A DNA stretch of 64,000 nt from Candidatus Latescibacterota bacterium (GTDB lineage Bacteria; Latescibacterota; UBA2968), in assembly GCA_965116885.1 (NCBI GenBank), contig OZ220741.1, positions 928,001 to 992,000 on the forward strand, written 5' to 3'. The notes below the pieces were generated by a model. That model saw only the letters and a program-made list of their open reading frames with translations. It was not told the origin of the DNA and ran no database searches. Below are positions 1 through 9,137 of this stretch, piece after piece (position 1 is the stretch's first letter; each line of letters begins with the position of its first letter). The translations under genes were made by a program, and so were the position numbers.

Positions 1-1
1 C

Positions 2-694
2 ATCGTCGGGTCGGGTTTTTACGGGCGCGCACCCGAGGTCGTCCCAACTGATCCCTATACGAAAGTGGAAGCCACGGTCCTGGGCGACGCTGTCGAGGGA
101 TTGACCGTCGAGTTTGCGCGATCCATCGCTGGCCAGCCGGCCGACTACGCCTATAACGCCGTCACAGATGTTAATGGCTCTTTGTCCCTCACCATCTCCA
201 ACCCAGATGGGGTCACTGGTTACTATACAGCCCGCGCCAGCAACGCCGATGGCGAAACCGTCGGTCAGTGGCACAGCATTCCCCTCAACCAGAACCAACG
301 CCAGGTCCTAAAACTGACCCTGAGTGGCGATATGAGAGTCGTACGCGTCGAACCACTGGCAGCATCCAAGCCAGTATTAGTAGCCGAGACAGTGGCAGTA
401 TCCGAGACAGTGCCAGAAGTTAGTGGTCTGGCACCCAACTTTCCCAACCCATTCAACAGCGCCACCCTGATCACCTACCACCTGTCCAGCCCTGGACCGG
501 TGCAACTGGTAATCTACAATGTGCTGGGACAACCCGTACGCACGCTGGTGAATCAGTCCCAGGCCGCAGGCTCCTACCAGATACGGTGGGATGTCCTCGA
601 TCATCGGGGCGTCTCGCTATCGACGGGGGTCTATATCGCACGCCTGAGCTATCCCGGCGGGGTGCAGACCCAACGGCTGCTCTACCTCAAGTAG
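2..694 (+). CDS. Secreted Cache-domain / FlgD-T9SS-type C-terminal domain protein, paralog 1 (5'-truncated by window edge)
   Basis: Frame is open from the window start (IVGSGFYGRAPEV...). The C-terminus NFPNPFNSATLITY...IYNVLGQPVRTLV is a FlgD-Ig/T9SS type A-like sorting domain, near-identical to ORFs 1320-3161 and 4036-5877. Confidence 0.85.
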   Translation: MVGSGFYGRAPEVVPTDPYTKVEATVLGDAVEGLTVEFARSIAGQPADYAYNAVTDVNGSLSLTISNPDGVTGYYTARASNADGETVGQWHSIPLNQNQRQVLKLTLSGDMRVVRVEPLAASKPVLVAETVAVSETVPEVSGLAPNFPNPFNSATLITYHLSSPGPVQLVIYNVLGQPVRTLVNQSQAAGSYQIRWDVLDHRGVSLSTGVYIARLSYPGGVQTQRLLYLK

Positions 695-711
695 TGCCGA
701 ACGCACAAAGC

Positions 712-749
712 AAAAGCCCGCTGATCATATAGATCAACGGGCTTTTTTT
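712..749 (+). terminator. Intrinsic terminator (bidirectional-looking)
   Basis: AAAAGCCCG...CGGGCTTTTTTT hairpin; identical copy at 3179-3216. Confidence 0.8.
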
Positions 750-809
750 CAGATCATCAGGAAACCGGAGCGTTAACCCACTCTACTGAACCCGCATCCC
801 TGCTTATCC

Positions 810-1049
810 TCACAATAGCTTTACCAGAGCAGCGACCACGCCAATCGCGACCACCATCATGGAACCCAGACGCAAGGTCAAGTCGTGCTTCAGACGCAAT
901 TCCAATTCTTTCAAATCCTGCTTCGTCGCCAATTTTTCGTCAATCAGTGCCGCCTGTGAACGCGCCAGCACCTCCGCCTGTTCTTCTGGCATCCCCGCAT
1001 GGGTCAGTTCTTTTACGAAAGCGTGGGTATCAAAAATAATTGCTGCCAT
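810..1049 (-). CDS. DUF1640/CCDC90-like small coiled-coil membrane protein
   Basis: FDTHAFVKEL...GMPEEQAE...LATKQDL motif, coiled coil and C-terminal TM helix. Confidence 0.75.
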   Translation of the reverse strand: MAAIIFDTHAFVKELTHAGMPEEQAEVLARSQAALIDEKLATKQDLKELELRLKHDLTLRLGSMMVVAIGVVAALVKLL

Positions 1050-1319
1050 CTAATTTTCTCCGGTATTGTTCATGCACTCCCATTTTGTTCTTTTAATGCA
1101 GCCAGAACATAAATAAATATATGAAAAATCCTTTTATAGCACAATGTAAAGTCAGGAAATCTCTGCCCAACTTCAATACCAGATTGCCATCACCATAAAC
1201 ATGGCAGGCCTGTGCCCTCAGTTTATGCATAGAAAATCTATTTGCTTACCAGGGCATCTTCATATTATTCTTCCTGCGCTCATTCCTTATCACCCATTCC
1301 AAAAGGGAGGACCATCCCG

Positions 1320-3161
1320 ATGAAAACTCGAACATTACCCCCATACCTGATTCCCATTGTCGGACTGCTCGTGCTGGCTGGCGTCTTTTCCAATGCGCCT
1401 CCCGCCATAGCAGATTGTCCACCCCCTCCCGGCGTAATATCCCCTGTGGCACCGAGTGTGACGGCGCAACAGGTGGAAGATGGCAGCGCTACCCTGAAGG
1501 ACTTCACGCTGGCCGCGAGGGAACAATTTGTTATGCAGCTCCAGACGGCTGAGAATCTGGGACAAGTGGTCTATTACGGATGTCTCTTCCGGCAAGAGGG
1601 GAGCTATTGGCATTCCGGTTCCACCTACATCGTGGTTATGAGGGCCGATGGCAGTGTTTTGATTCACGCGAAGAACATGGCATTGTCGAGCAGGCGACTC
1701 AACCCCCTTATTTATGCAGAGATCCTTTCTGCCCTGGGAGTACCCTCAACCGTTCTGGCCAACCTGGCATCTCCCGATACTGCTATTGCCGCCCAGGCTA
1801 ATGCCGAAGTGGTTAATATATTGACGCAAGGACCGGATGCCGCATTCGATGCGACCACCCCTATACCAGACCTGCGACCTGGCATACCGGGTGCCTCCGG
1901 CTATGCCGCCGCATATTTTTCGGACTTTTTTAGAGGCCCGCTTGTGATGATAGCCGGTTTCGAGCTCAATGAAACTCACGTAGTTGAAGAAGAGATCGAT
2001 CACATTACCCCGGCCGTTACCGCCAGGGACGTGGTAGATCGAGAAACCCTGAAAGCCTTCGTCACGGCAGCAGGGGAGTACTGTCTCGAACTTCGGAAAA
2101 CCGGCAATTTCCCCGGTGGGATAGCCAGGATCGCACTTCGGGATCCGGACGGGCCCTGGAGACACGGTTCGGTGTACCTCTATGTCCTGGATACTACCAG
2201 CAACGTAATCCAAATACACGCTGCGTTTCCGAACAGATACGAGCTACGACCTCTGATAGCGACCGTCCGAGACGCGGTTACCGGAGAACTCATACTACCG
2301 CAGGTCATCGAAGCGGCGAAAAGTGACCCGGAAGGCGGCTTCGTGGAGTATTACTTTGACGATCCCAATGACGACACCGATAGCGCCGATATCCCCAAGG
2401 TCGGATACGCACGCGAGTTCAAAACGCAAACCGAGTTAGGTGGAAGGGTAGTCCCGTACAACTTCATCATTGGGTCGGGTTTTTATGGACGCGCACCCGA
2501 GGTTGTCGTCCCGACTGAACCCCATACGGTAGTAGAAGCCACGGTTATGGGCGATGCCGTCGAGGGATTGACCGTCGCGTTTGCGCGATCCATCGCCGGC
2601 AGCCAGCCCGACTACGCCTATAGCGCTGTCACAGATGCCAATGGCGCTTTGTCCCTCACCATCTCCAACCCAGATGGGGTGAGTGGTTACTATCAGGCAC
2701 GCGCCCGCAACGCCGATGGCGAAACCGTCGGCCAGTGGCACTCCATTCCCCTCAACCAGAACCAACGCCAGGTCCTGGAACTGACCCTGAGCGGCGGTAT
2801 GAAGATCGTACGCGTCGAACCACTGGTCGCAGCCAAGCCAGTGGCCGTATCCGAGCCCGTGTTATCAGCCGAGATAGTGCCAGAAGTTAGTGGTCTGGCA
2901 CCCAACTTTCCCAACCCATTCAACAGCGCCACCCTGATAACCTATCACCTGTCCAGCCCCGGTCCGGTACAATTGGTAATCTACAATGTGTTGGGACAGC
3001 CGGTACGCACATTGGTGGATCAATCTCAAGGCGCAGGCTCCTACCAGATACGGTGGGATGTCCTCGATCATCGGGGCGTCTCGCTATCGACGGGGATCTA
3101 CATCGCACGCCTGAGCTATCCCGGCGGAGTGCAGACACAACGGTTGCTCTACCTCAAGTAG
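1320..3161 (+). CDS. Secreted double Cache-like domain protein with FlgD/T9SS-type C-terminal domain, paralog 2
   Basis: AGGGAGG RBS before ATG 1320; signal peptide; sCache_2-like motifs (YLYVLD..IHAAFP, GGFVEYYF, KVGYAR, IIGSGFY); NFPNPFN tail. Confidence 0.8.
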   Translation: MKTRTLPPYLIPIVGLLVLAGVFSNAPPAIADCPPPPGVISPVAPSVTAQQVEDGSATLKDFTLAAREQFVMQLQTAENLGQVVYYGCLFRQEGSYWHSGSTYIVVMRADGSVLIHAKNMALSSRRLNPLIYAEILSALGVPSTVLANLASPDTAIAAQANAEVVNILTQGPDAAFDATTPIPDLRPGIPGASGYAAAYFSDFFRGPLVMIAGFELNETHVVEEEIDHITPAVTARDVVDRETLKAFVTAAGEYCLELRKTGNFPGGIARIALRDPDGPWRHGSVYLYVLDTTSNVIQIHAAFPNRYELRPLIATVRDAVTGELILPQVIEAAKSDPEGGFVEYYFDDPNDDTDSADIPKVGYAREFKTQTELGGRVVPYNFIIGSGFYGRAPEVVVPTEPHTVVEATVMGDAVEGLTVAFARSIAGSQPDYAYSAVTDANGALSLTISNPDGVSGYYQARARNADGETVGQWHSIPLNQNQRQVLELTLSGGMKIVRVEPLVAAKPVAVSEPVLSAEIVPEVSGLAPNFPNPFNSATLITYHLSSPGPVQLVIYNVLGQPVRTLVDQSQGAGSYQIRWDVLDHRGVSLSTGIYIARLSYPGGVQTQRLLYLK

Positions 3162-3178
3162 CGCTGAACACACAAAGC

Positions 3179-3216
3179 AAAAGCCCGCTGATCATATAGA
3201 TCAACGGGCTTTTTTT
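3179..3216 (+). terminator. Intrinsic terminator
   Basis: Same hairpin and U-tract as 712-749. Confidence 0.8.
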
Positions 3217-3242
3217 GTACGCCTCATCTTTTTTTCAACCCC

Positions 3243-3749
3243 CTACTGAACCCGCATCCATGTATCGACCCATGCCCCCTCATAGGATGCCGTCATCGTA
3301 TTGCCTTCAAAAACCCACTGCTGCTCATCGTGTGCAATCTCAATTTTATCGCCCTCAACCGTAATTTTCCCCTTCACGCTTTTGGCCTTGGGATAAATCG
3401 ACATCGGTGCTTCGGCAGAAGACCGATACCCCTGGCGAACCAGCACATGCCTGGCTCGCGTAATCGCCGACGTAGAAATTTCATACGTACTGGCAGCATA
3501 ATTAAATCGCCGGGGTGTACCATCTTTTAAGTCTTCGAGAAGATTGAGCGTAACATGTGCTTTTCGAGAACTAATAGGCTCCCACAAAAGCGATCCTTTT
3601 ACATGCGGATCACTCAACACAGTACCATCTTGCAATTGACGACTTTGCAAAACCCAGGTACCCGCCAATTGTGTTTGCATATCTGACAGACGATCACTAC
3701 ATCCCTGCATCGCGAACACAGACAGGAGGCATATCATCAGGCGTTTCAT
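3243..3749 (-). CDS. Hypothetical lipoprotein (lipocalin-like beta-barrel)
   Basis: MKRLMICLLSVFAMQG-C lipobox; LAGTWVL lipocalin-like GxW motif; GGGAG RBS. Confidence 0.65.
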   Translation of the reverse strand: MKRLMICLLSVFAMQGCSDRLSDMQTQLAGTWVLQSRQLQDGTVLSDPHVKGSLLWEPISSRKAHVTLNLLEDLKDGTPRRFNYAASTYEISTSAITRARHVLVRQGYRSSAEAPMSIYPKAKSVKGKITVEGDKIEIAHDEQQWVFEGNTMTASYEGAWVDTWMRVQ

Positions 3750-3792
3750 TTTGATCTCCCTGCAAGTTATCATCCGAAAAACGAACAGCTAC

Positions 3793-3821
3793 AGTATATT
3801 TTTCGATTTGCGTGCTGTCAA
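3793..3821 (-). promoter_or_regulatory. Sigma-70-type promoter of the lipoprotein gene
   Basis: TTGACA-N17-TATACT on the minus strand. Confidence 0.65.
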
Positions 3822-3928
3822 GCCAAAAAAATAATGTCTGCCCATCTCGCACACAAAGCCAACCAAACCCCCGCCCGGAATAACCAGGCGAGGTTTTGGT
3901 TTTAATGTAATTTTAGATTGTGTAAAAC

Positions 3929-3997
3929 TTGACCTTTTTTAATAACAGTGATATATTCAAAGGCGATATATAAGCCAAAAATCTATATATCGCCTTT
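3929..3997 (+). promoter_or_regulatory. Sigma-70-type promoter followed by a 14-bp perfect inverted repeat, upstream of paralog 3
   Basis: TTGACC-N17-TATATT with extended TG, then AAAGGCGATATATA-N11-TATATATCGCCTTT. Confidence 0.55.
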
Positions 3998-4035
3998 TTG
4001 GCAACTCTTAAATCTAACTCAAAAGGAGGACCATC

Positions 4036-5877
4036 GTGAAGAAAACTCTAACCTTACTCACCGGACTGCTCGTGCTGGCTGGCGTCTTTTCCAATGCGCC
4101 TCCCGCCATAGCAAATTGTCCACTTCCTCCCGGCGTGACGCCTCCTGCGGACCCGCGTGTGACGGCGCAACAGGTGGTAGATGGCAGCGCTACCCTGATG
4201 GACTTCGCGCTGGCCGTGAGAGAGCGGTCCAAAGAATATGCCCAAGGGCACGCGACCACGGAGGAAGCGGTATATATCGGATGCATCATAAGGCAGGATG
4301 ATGGGATATGGCATTCCGGTTCCACGTACATCGTGAGCCTGACGCTCGACGGCAGAGTGTACATTCACGCGAAGAACATGGCACTGTCGGGCAGGCTGAT
4401 CAACCCGGTGATTTATGGAGCGATCCTTTTTGCGCTGGGCGTATCCCCAACCGATCTGGCGAATCTGGCGTCTCCTGATCCTGCTACCGCCGCCCAGGCT
4501 TTCGCCGCCGTCCTGGGCACATTGTTGCAGGAGCCGGACGGCGCATTCGACGCGACCACCTCTATTCCAGGTCTATCACCAGGAATACCAGGCGCTTCGG
4601 GCCATGCCGCCGTCTATGTCGAGCCCAATTTAGGGAACGTTCCGATTGTGATGCTCATGGGATTCGATCTCAATGAATCTCACTTGGTTCCCATTACCGA
4701 TGAAACAATCGATTACGGCGATCCGGCTGTCACTGCCAGGGACGTGGTGGACAGAGAAACCCTGAAGGCCTTCGTCACGCAAGCGGGAAATTACTTTCTT
4801 GAACTCCTGAAGACCGGCGATGCAGCCGCTCTTTCGCAAGCCAAGATCGCCTTGCGGGATGAGAACGGACCCTGGAGACACGGCTCGGTGTATCTCTACG
4901 TCCTGGATATTGTCAGCAACATCATCATATTTCACGCAGCGTTCCCGGACAAATACGAGTATCGGCCTCTGGTGCCGACCGTCCATGACGCTGTGACCGG
5001 AGAGTTCATTCTGCCTCAAGTCATCGAAGCGGCGAAAAGTGACCCGGAAGGCGGCTTCGTGGAGTATTACTTCGACGATCCCACCGACGACACAGACAGC
5101 GCCGACATCCCCAAGGTGGGATACGCACGCGAGTTCGCCGCTTCAATCCAGAGGGCAGACGGAAGCACAGTCCCGGCTGACTTCATCGTTGGGTCGGGCT
5201 TCTATGGGCGCGCACCCGTTGTTGTCCCGGACGGTCCCTATACGGTAGTAGAAGCCACGGTTATGGGTGACGCCGTCGAAGGGTTGACCGTCGCGTTTGC
5301 GCGATCCATCGCAGGCCAACAGCCCGACTATGCCTATAGTACTGTCACAGATGCCAATGGCTCTTCGTCCCTCACCATCTCCAACCCAGATGGCGTGAGT
5401 GGGTACTATACAGCCCGCGCCAGCAACGCCGATGGCGAAACCGTCGGCCAGTGGCACTCCATTCCCCTCAATAGCAATCAACGCCAGGTCCTGGAACTGA
5501 CCCTGGGCGGCGGCATGAAGATCGTACGCGTCGAGCCACTGGCCGCATCCAAGCCAGTGCTCGTAGCCGAGACAGTGGCAGTATCCGAGACAGTGCCGGA
5601 AGTTAGTGGTCTGGCACCCAACTTTCCCAACCCATTCAACAGCGCCACCCTGATAACCTACCACCTGTCCAGTCCCGGTCCGGTGCAACTGGTAATCTAC
5701 AATGTGCTGGGTCAACCCGTACGCACATTGGTGGATCAGTCCCAGGCCGCAGGCTCCTACCAGATACGGTGGGATGTCCTCGACCAGCGGGGCGTCTCGC
5801 TGTCAACGGGGATCTACATCGCCCGCCTGAGCTATCCCGGTGGGGTGCAGACCCAACGGCTGCTCTACCTCAAGTAG
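4036..5877 (+). CDS. Secreted double Cache-like domain protein with FlgD/T9SS-type C-terminal domain, paralog 3
   Basis: AAGGAGG RBS and GTG start; same architecture as 1320-3161. Confidence 0.8.
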   Translation: MKKTLTLLTGLLVLAGVFSNAPPAIANCPLPPGVTPPADPRVTAQQVVDGSATLMDFALAVRERSKEYAQGHATTEEAVYIGCIIRQDDGIWHSGSTYIVSLTLDGRVYIHAKNMALSGRLINPVIYGAILFALGVSPTDLANLASPDPATAAQAFAAVLGTLLQEPDGAFDATTSIPGLSPGIPGASGHAAVYVEPNLGNVPIVMLMGFDLNESHLVPITDETIDYGDPAVTARDVVDRETLKAFVTQAGNYFLELLKTGDAAALSQAKIALRDENGPWRHGSVYLYVLDIVSNIIIFHAAFPDKYEYRPLVPTVHDAVTGEFILPQVIEAAKSDPEGGFVEYYFDDPTDDTDSADIPKVGYAREFAASIQRADGSTVPADFIVGSGFYGRAPVVVPDGPYTVVEATVMGDAVEGLTVAFARSIAGQQPDYAYSTVTDANGSSSLTISNPDGVSGYYTARASNADGETVGQWHSIPLNSNQRQVLELTLGGGMKIVRVEPLAASKPVLVAETVAVSETVPEVSGLAPNFPNPFNSATLITYHLSSPGPVQLVIYNVLGQPVRTLVDQSQAAGSYQIRWDVLDQRGVSLSTGIYIARLSYPGGVQTQRLLYLK

Positions 5878-5913
5878 CGCCGAATGGTTGGGTTTGTCAA
5901 TTTTCTCATAGCT

Positions 5914-5947
5914 AAAAAAATGCCCCTGAAAATTCAGGGGCATTTTT
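5914..5947. terminator. Bidirectional intrinsic terminator between convergent genes
   Basis: AAAAAAATGCCCCTGAA-AA-TTCAGGGGCATTTTT. Confidence 0.8.
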
Positions 5948-5979
5948 CTACTGTATTTAAGTCTTACTTCTCACCGAAT

Positions 5980-6831
5980 TTAAGTCACTTCCAGCAACGG
6001 CTCAAGCCGCGAGCGACGGCGCGGATGGCGCAATCTGCGAAGCGCTTTCTCCTTAATTTGCCGCACGCGCTCCCGGGTCAAATTAAACCGAACGCCGATC
6101 TCTTCAAGCGTAAGTGGCTCTTCACCGCCCAGGCCAAAATACAGGCGCAAAACCTCAGTCTCCCGGTCATCCAGAGATGTGAGCACATCTTTTACCTGTT
6201 CGCGCACTGAATCCTCTACAACTTCCTCATCCGGTGCCTTTTGTGTCTTATCGGGCAACACATGCAACAAACTGTGGTCATCCTCCTCGCGGAAAGACGC
6301 ATCCAGAGACCAGACATCGCGCGCGCGCATCAGCGTATCCTGAACCATCTCCACCGACACACCGAGTTCTTTTGCCACAGTTTCGGGTTCGGGTTCGGTC
6401 TCGCTTGACTGCCTCAGTTCGCGCGACACCTTTGAAATATTGTGCAACAAATCAATGCGGTTAATAGGCAAACGCACAACCCGTGAATCCTGTGCCAAAC
6501 TCTGGTGAATCGCCTGGCGTATCCACCATACCGCATAAGAAATAAACTTAAAGCCCCGCGTGCCATCAAAGCGCTCGGCAGCCGTCATCAGCCCCATATT
6601 TCCCGCGCTGATCAAATCCGCCAGAGGCACCCCGTGATTTTGATATTCGCGCGCTACGCTCACCACAAATCGGAGATTGGCCGCAACCAATTTATCTCTG
6701 GATCTCTGACAACCTTTGTGGATTTTCTTTGCCAGTTCAATTTCTTCCGCACTCGAAAGGGGTTCAGACGAGGCAATGTCTCGCAGATACAAATCCAGAG
6801 ACTCACTATCTTGTATCATAATTCCAGGCAA
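5980..6831 (-). CDS. RNA polymerase sigma-70 factor, short RpoD/SigA family (no region 1.1)
   Basis: SLDLYLRDI (1.2), ANLRFVVSVA (2.1), GFKFISYAVWWIRQAI (2.3-2.4), LTLEEIG..LTRERVRQIKEKAL (4.2); AGGAGG before TTG 6831 (alternative ATG 6819). Confidence 0.9.
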   Translation of the reverse strand: MPGIMIQDSESLDLYLRDIASSEPLSSAEEIELAKKIHKGCQRSRDKLVAANLRFVVSVAREYQNHGVPLADLISAGNMGLMTAAERFDGTRGFKFISYAVWWIRQAIHQSLAQDSRVVRLPINRIDLLHNISKVSRELRQSSETEPEPETVAKELGVSVEMVQDTLMRARDVWSLDASFREEDDHSLLHVLPDKTQKAPDEEVVEDSVREQVKDVLTSLDDRETEVLRLYFGLGGEEPLTLEEIGVRFNLTRERVRQIKEKALRRLRHPRRRSRLEPLLEVT

Positions 6832-6864
6832 GGGGAACCTCCTGTAAAAGGATGGGGAGAACAA

Positions 6865-7377
6865 CTATAAAACAGAATGGGGAGCCGACATTTTGCGAAT
6901 TTGCGCCAGGTGTTTCGTCATAAACTGATACATACTCATCGATGTGTCGCAGGCCATCAAACCCGCTCGCACATCTGAATTTTTAAACAACAGTGCCAAA
7001 TTGCTCAAAACCGACAGATAAGGCACAGGAGCCGCATCGGGTACTGCAACCATGCATATCACGTGAACGGATTCTGCATCTGGGGGAAAAGCAATACCCG
7101 TCTGAGAAATGCCCAACGCCACACCGGGCTGAGCAACCGATCGGCATCGCGCATGGGGCAGTGCAACACCTCGACCCAAAACAGTACTCATCTGATCTTC
7201 TCGATCCAAAACAGTTTGCAAAAACTTCAGGCTATCGACCACCTTCCTGCACCCATAGAGCCGATCCACCAACTCTTTGATCGCCCCCAGGCGATCTTGT
7301 GATTGCAACTCGGGTACAAGAAGCGAAACATCAAAGTGAAAAACATCGTCTTCAGATAAAACTGTCGTTTGAGTCAC
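6865..7377 (-). CDS. PTS EIIA domain protein (PtsN/fructose-mannitol type)
   Basis: REDQMSTVLGRGVALPHAR with the phospho-acceptor His; GGAG before GTG 7377. Confidence 0.8.
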   Translation of the reverse strand: MTQTTVLSEDDVFHFDVSLLVPELQSQDRLGAIKELVDRLYGCRKVVDSLKFLQTVLDREDQMSTVLGRGVALPHARCRSVAQPGVALGISQTGIAFPPDAESVHVICMVAVPDAAPVPYLSVLSNLALLFKNSDVRAGLMACDTSMSMYQFMTKHLAQIRKMSAPHSVL

Positions 7378-7525
7378 CTGATCTCCACACGCAACAAAAT
7401 GCAGAATTTGCACCTTCAAACTATAAAACATCTATCAAAAAAGGAGAATAACGCATTAACATCAATAAAAACATAAGGTTAATCTCCAGCATCAAAAATC
7501 CGCGATAAACGCGCCCCAATATAAC

Positions 7526-7542
7526 AGCAATATCCGTGCCAA
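7526..7542 (-). promoter_or_regulatory. Sigma-54 (-24/-12) promoter
   Basis: Minus strand TTGGCACGGATATTGCT matches TGGCAC-N5-TTGC and faces the EIIA and sigma genes. Confidence 0.8.
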
Positions 7543-7559
7543 AAACATGCATATAGGCA

Positions 7560-7572
7560 TAACTTATTGTTT
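7560..7572. promoter_or_regulatory. IHF-like binding site
   Basis: Minus strand AAACAATAAGTTA, one mismatch to WATCAANNNNTTR, located between the enhancer and the sigma-54 promoter. Confidence 0.5.
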
Positions 7573-7628
7573 ATATTGAACAAAAATCAGAAAGTCCGAT
7601 CTGCTATGCTATTTTTGTCTCATTTAGA

Positions 7629-7674
7629 ATGCAAAAATTGCACCCTATTTTATAACCAAAATGCAAAAATTGCG
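7629..7674. promoter_or_regulatory. Tandem enhancer (bEBP UAS) sites
   Basis: ATGCAAAAATTGCA (7629) and ATGCAAAAATTGCG (7661), 32 bp apart; a third copy ATGCAGAATTTGCA at 7399-7412. Confidence 0.55.
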
Positions 7675-7684
7675 TTTTTAAAAA

Positions 7685-9043
7685 TTAGCGCAAATTATAC
7701 GCCTTGATCTTGTATTGCAATGCGCGAACACTGATCCCCAGCAGAGCCGCGGCCTCCTTCCTATTTGCCGTCACATGTGCAAGTGTTTTTTCGATCAGCG
7801 CGCGTTCCATATCTTCAAGCGAAGAACCGAGTTCGACCGTTATCGTATCCGTCGCATTCTGGGCATCGCGTATCCGAGAAGGCAAATGATCGACATCCAC
7901 CTTTTGATCTGCGCAGGTTACCACAATGCGCTCAATAGTATTTTTCAGCTCGCGCACATTGCCGGGCCAGAAATAAGCCAGAACCCTATCCATCGCATCG
8001 GGCGTTAATTCCATGCGCGGTTTGTGGTGCAACGCACACAGATTATCAAAAAACACATCGACCAAAAGCGGAATATCTTCAACGCGCTCGCGAAGTGGAG
8101 GCAAGCGAATAGGCACCACATTGATGCGGTAATACAAATCTTCTCTAAATCGTCCTTCTGCCACTTCTCGCTCGAGATCGCGATTCGTGACAAAAATAGT
8201 TCGCACATCTGCGGCCACCGCTTTGGTACTGCCCACCGGGCGATAGGCTTTTTCTTCTAATACCCGGAGCAAATCGACTTGATTGGGCAATGGAATTTCA
8301 CCCACCTCATCAAAAAAAAGCGTTCCCCCTTCAGCCGCCGCAAAAAACCCAGCCTTATCCGCTGTCGCGCCCGTAAACGCGCCTTTTACATAACCGAACA
8401 ACTCGCTGCCAAATAATGTCTCGGCAAACGCCCCACAATTCATCGCCAATAGGGACGCATTCCGCCGCGCACTCGCCTGATGAATCGCACGCACCACGAG
8501 TTCTTTCCCCGTCCCCGTTTCTCCGGTAATCAAAACCGGCACATCGGTCATTGCCGCCTGTGCTATGGTATCACTAACCTGTTCCATCGCAGCACTCCGA
8601 TGCACAATCTCTCCATTTTCGCCATTGGAATCCAGACGCGCCCGCAATACGCGATTCTCCACTACCAGTGCCTGATGATCCAGCAAACGCTCTAAGGACA
8701 GGCGCAATCGCTTCAGATCTACGGGCTTGGTCAAATAATCATAAGCCCCCCGCCTCATGGCTTCAACAGCCGTCTCCACCTCGCCATAAGCCGTAATCAC
8801 AATAACGCCAATTTCGCGATTTGCACCGCGCACCCACTTCAAAAGTGATAGACCATCCTGCCCCGGCATCTTGAGATCAAAAATCGCGGCATCATATTCC
8901 TGGGCCTCCATAAGCGCCTTTGCCTGATTCCCATCATAAGCCACATCAACCCGATAACCATCTTTGGTCATCGCCTCCCGCAGACCCTCGCAGATATAGT
9001 ACTCATCATCTGCAATTAAAAGTCGAATCTCACTCGCGTCCAT
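7685..9043 (-). CDS. Sigma-54-dependent response regulator (NtrC/AtoC/ZraR family; REC-AAA+-Fis HTH)
   Basis: ADDE..DLKMP receiver; GETGTGKE, SELFG..GAFTGA, GRFREDLYYR, WPGNVREL; C-terminal HTH. Confidence 0.95.
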   Translation of the reverse strand: MDASEIRLLIADDEYYICEGLREAMTKDGYRVDVAYDGNQAKALMEAQEYDAAIFDLKMPGQDGLSLLKWVRGANREIGVIVITAYGEVETAVEAMRRGAYDYLTKPVDLKRLRLSLERLLDHQALVVENRVLRARLDSNGENGEIVHRSAAMEQVSDTIAQAAMTDVPVLITGETGTGKELVVRAIHQASARRNASLLAMNCGAFAETLFGSELFGYVKGAFTGATADKAGFFAAAEGGTLFFDEVGEIPLPNQVDLLRVLEEKAYRPVGSTKAVAADVRTIFVTNRDLEREVAEGRFREDLYYRINVVPIRLPPLRERVEDIPLLVDVFFDNLCALHHKPRMELTPDAMDRVLAYFWPGNVRELKNTIERIVVTCADQKVDVDHLPSRIRDAQNATDTITVELGSSLEDMERALIEKTLAHVTANRKEAAALLGISVRALQYKIKAYNLR

Positions 9044-9137
9044 AAGTTACCTCTGTCTGTAGCAATGTCGGGAAAAGGATTTCCCTCCTACGATCCGTCT
9101 GCTGTTGGAGCGGCATCCCTGCCGCGATTGCCTCAAA

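Noticed and set aside
2..5877. Diversity-generating retroelement behind the paralog variation
   Set aside because: No reverse transcriptase or template repeat is visible, differences are not adenine-specific, and the 3' ends are the most conserved parts.
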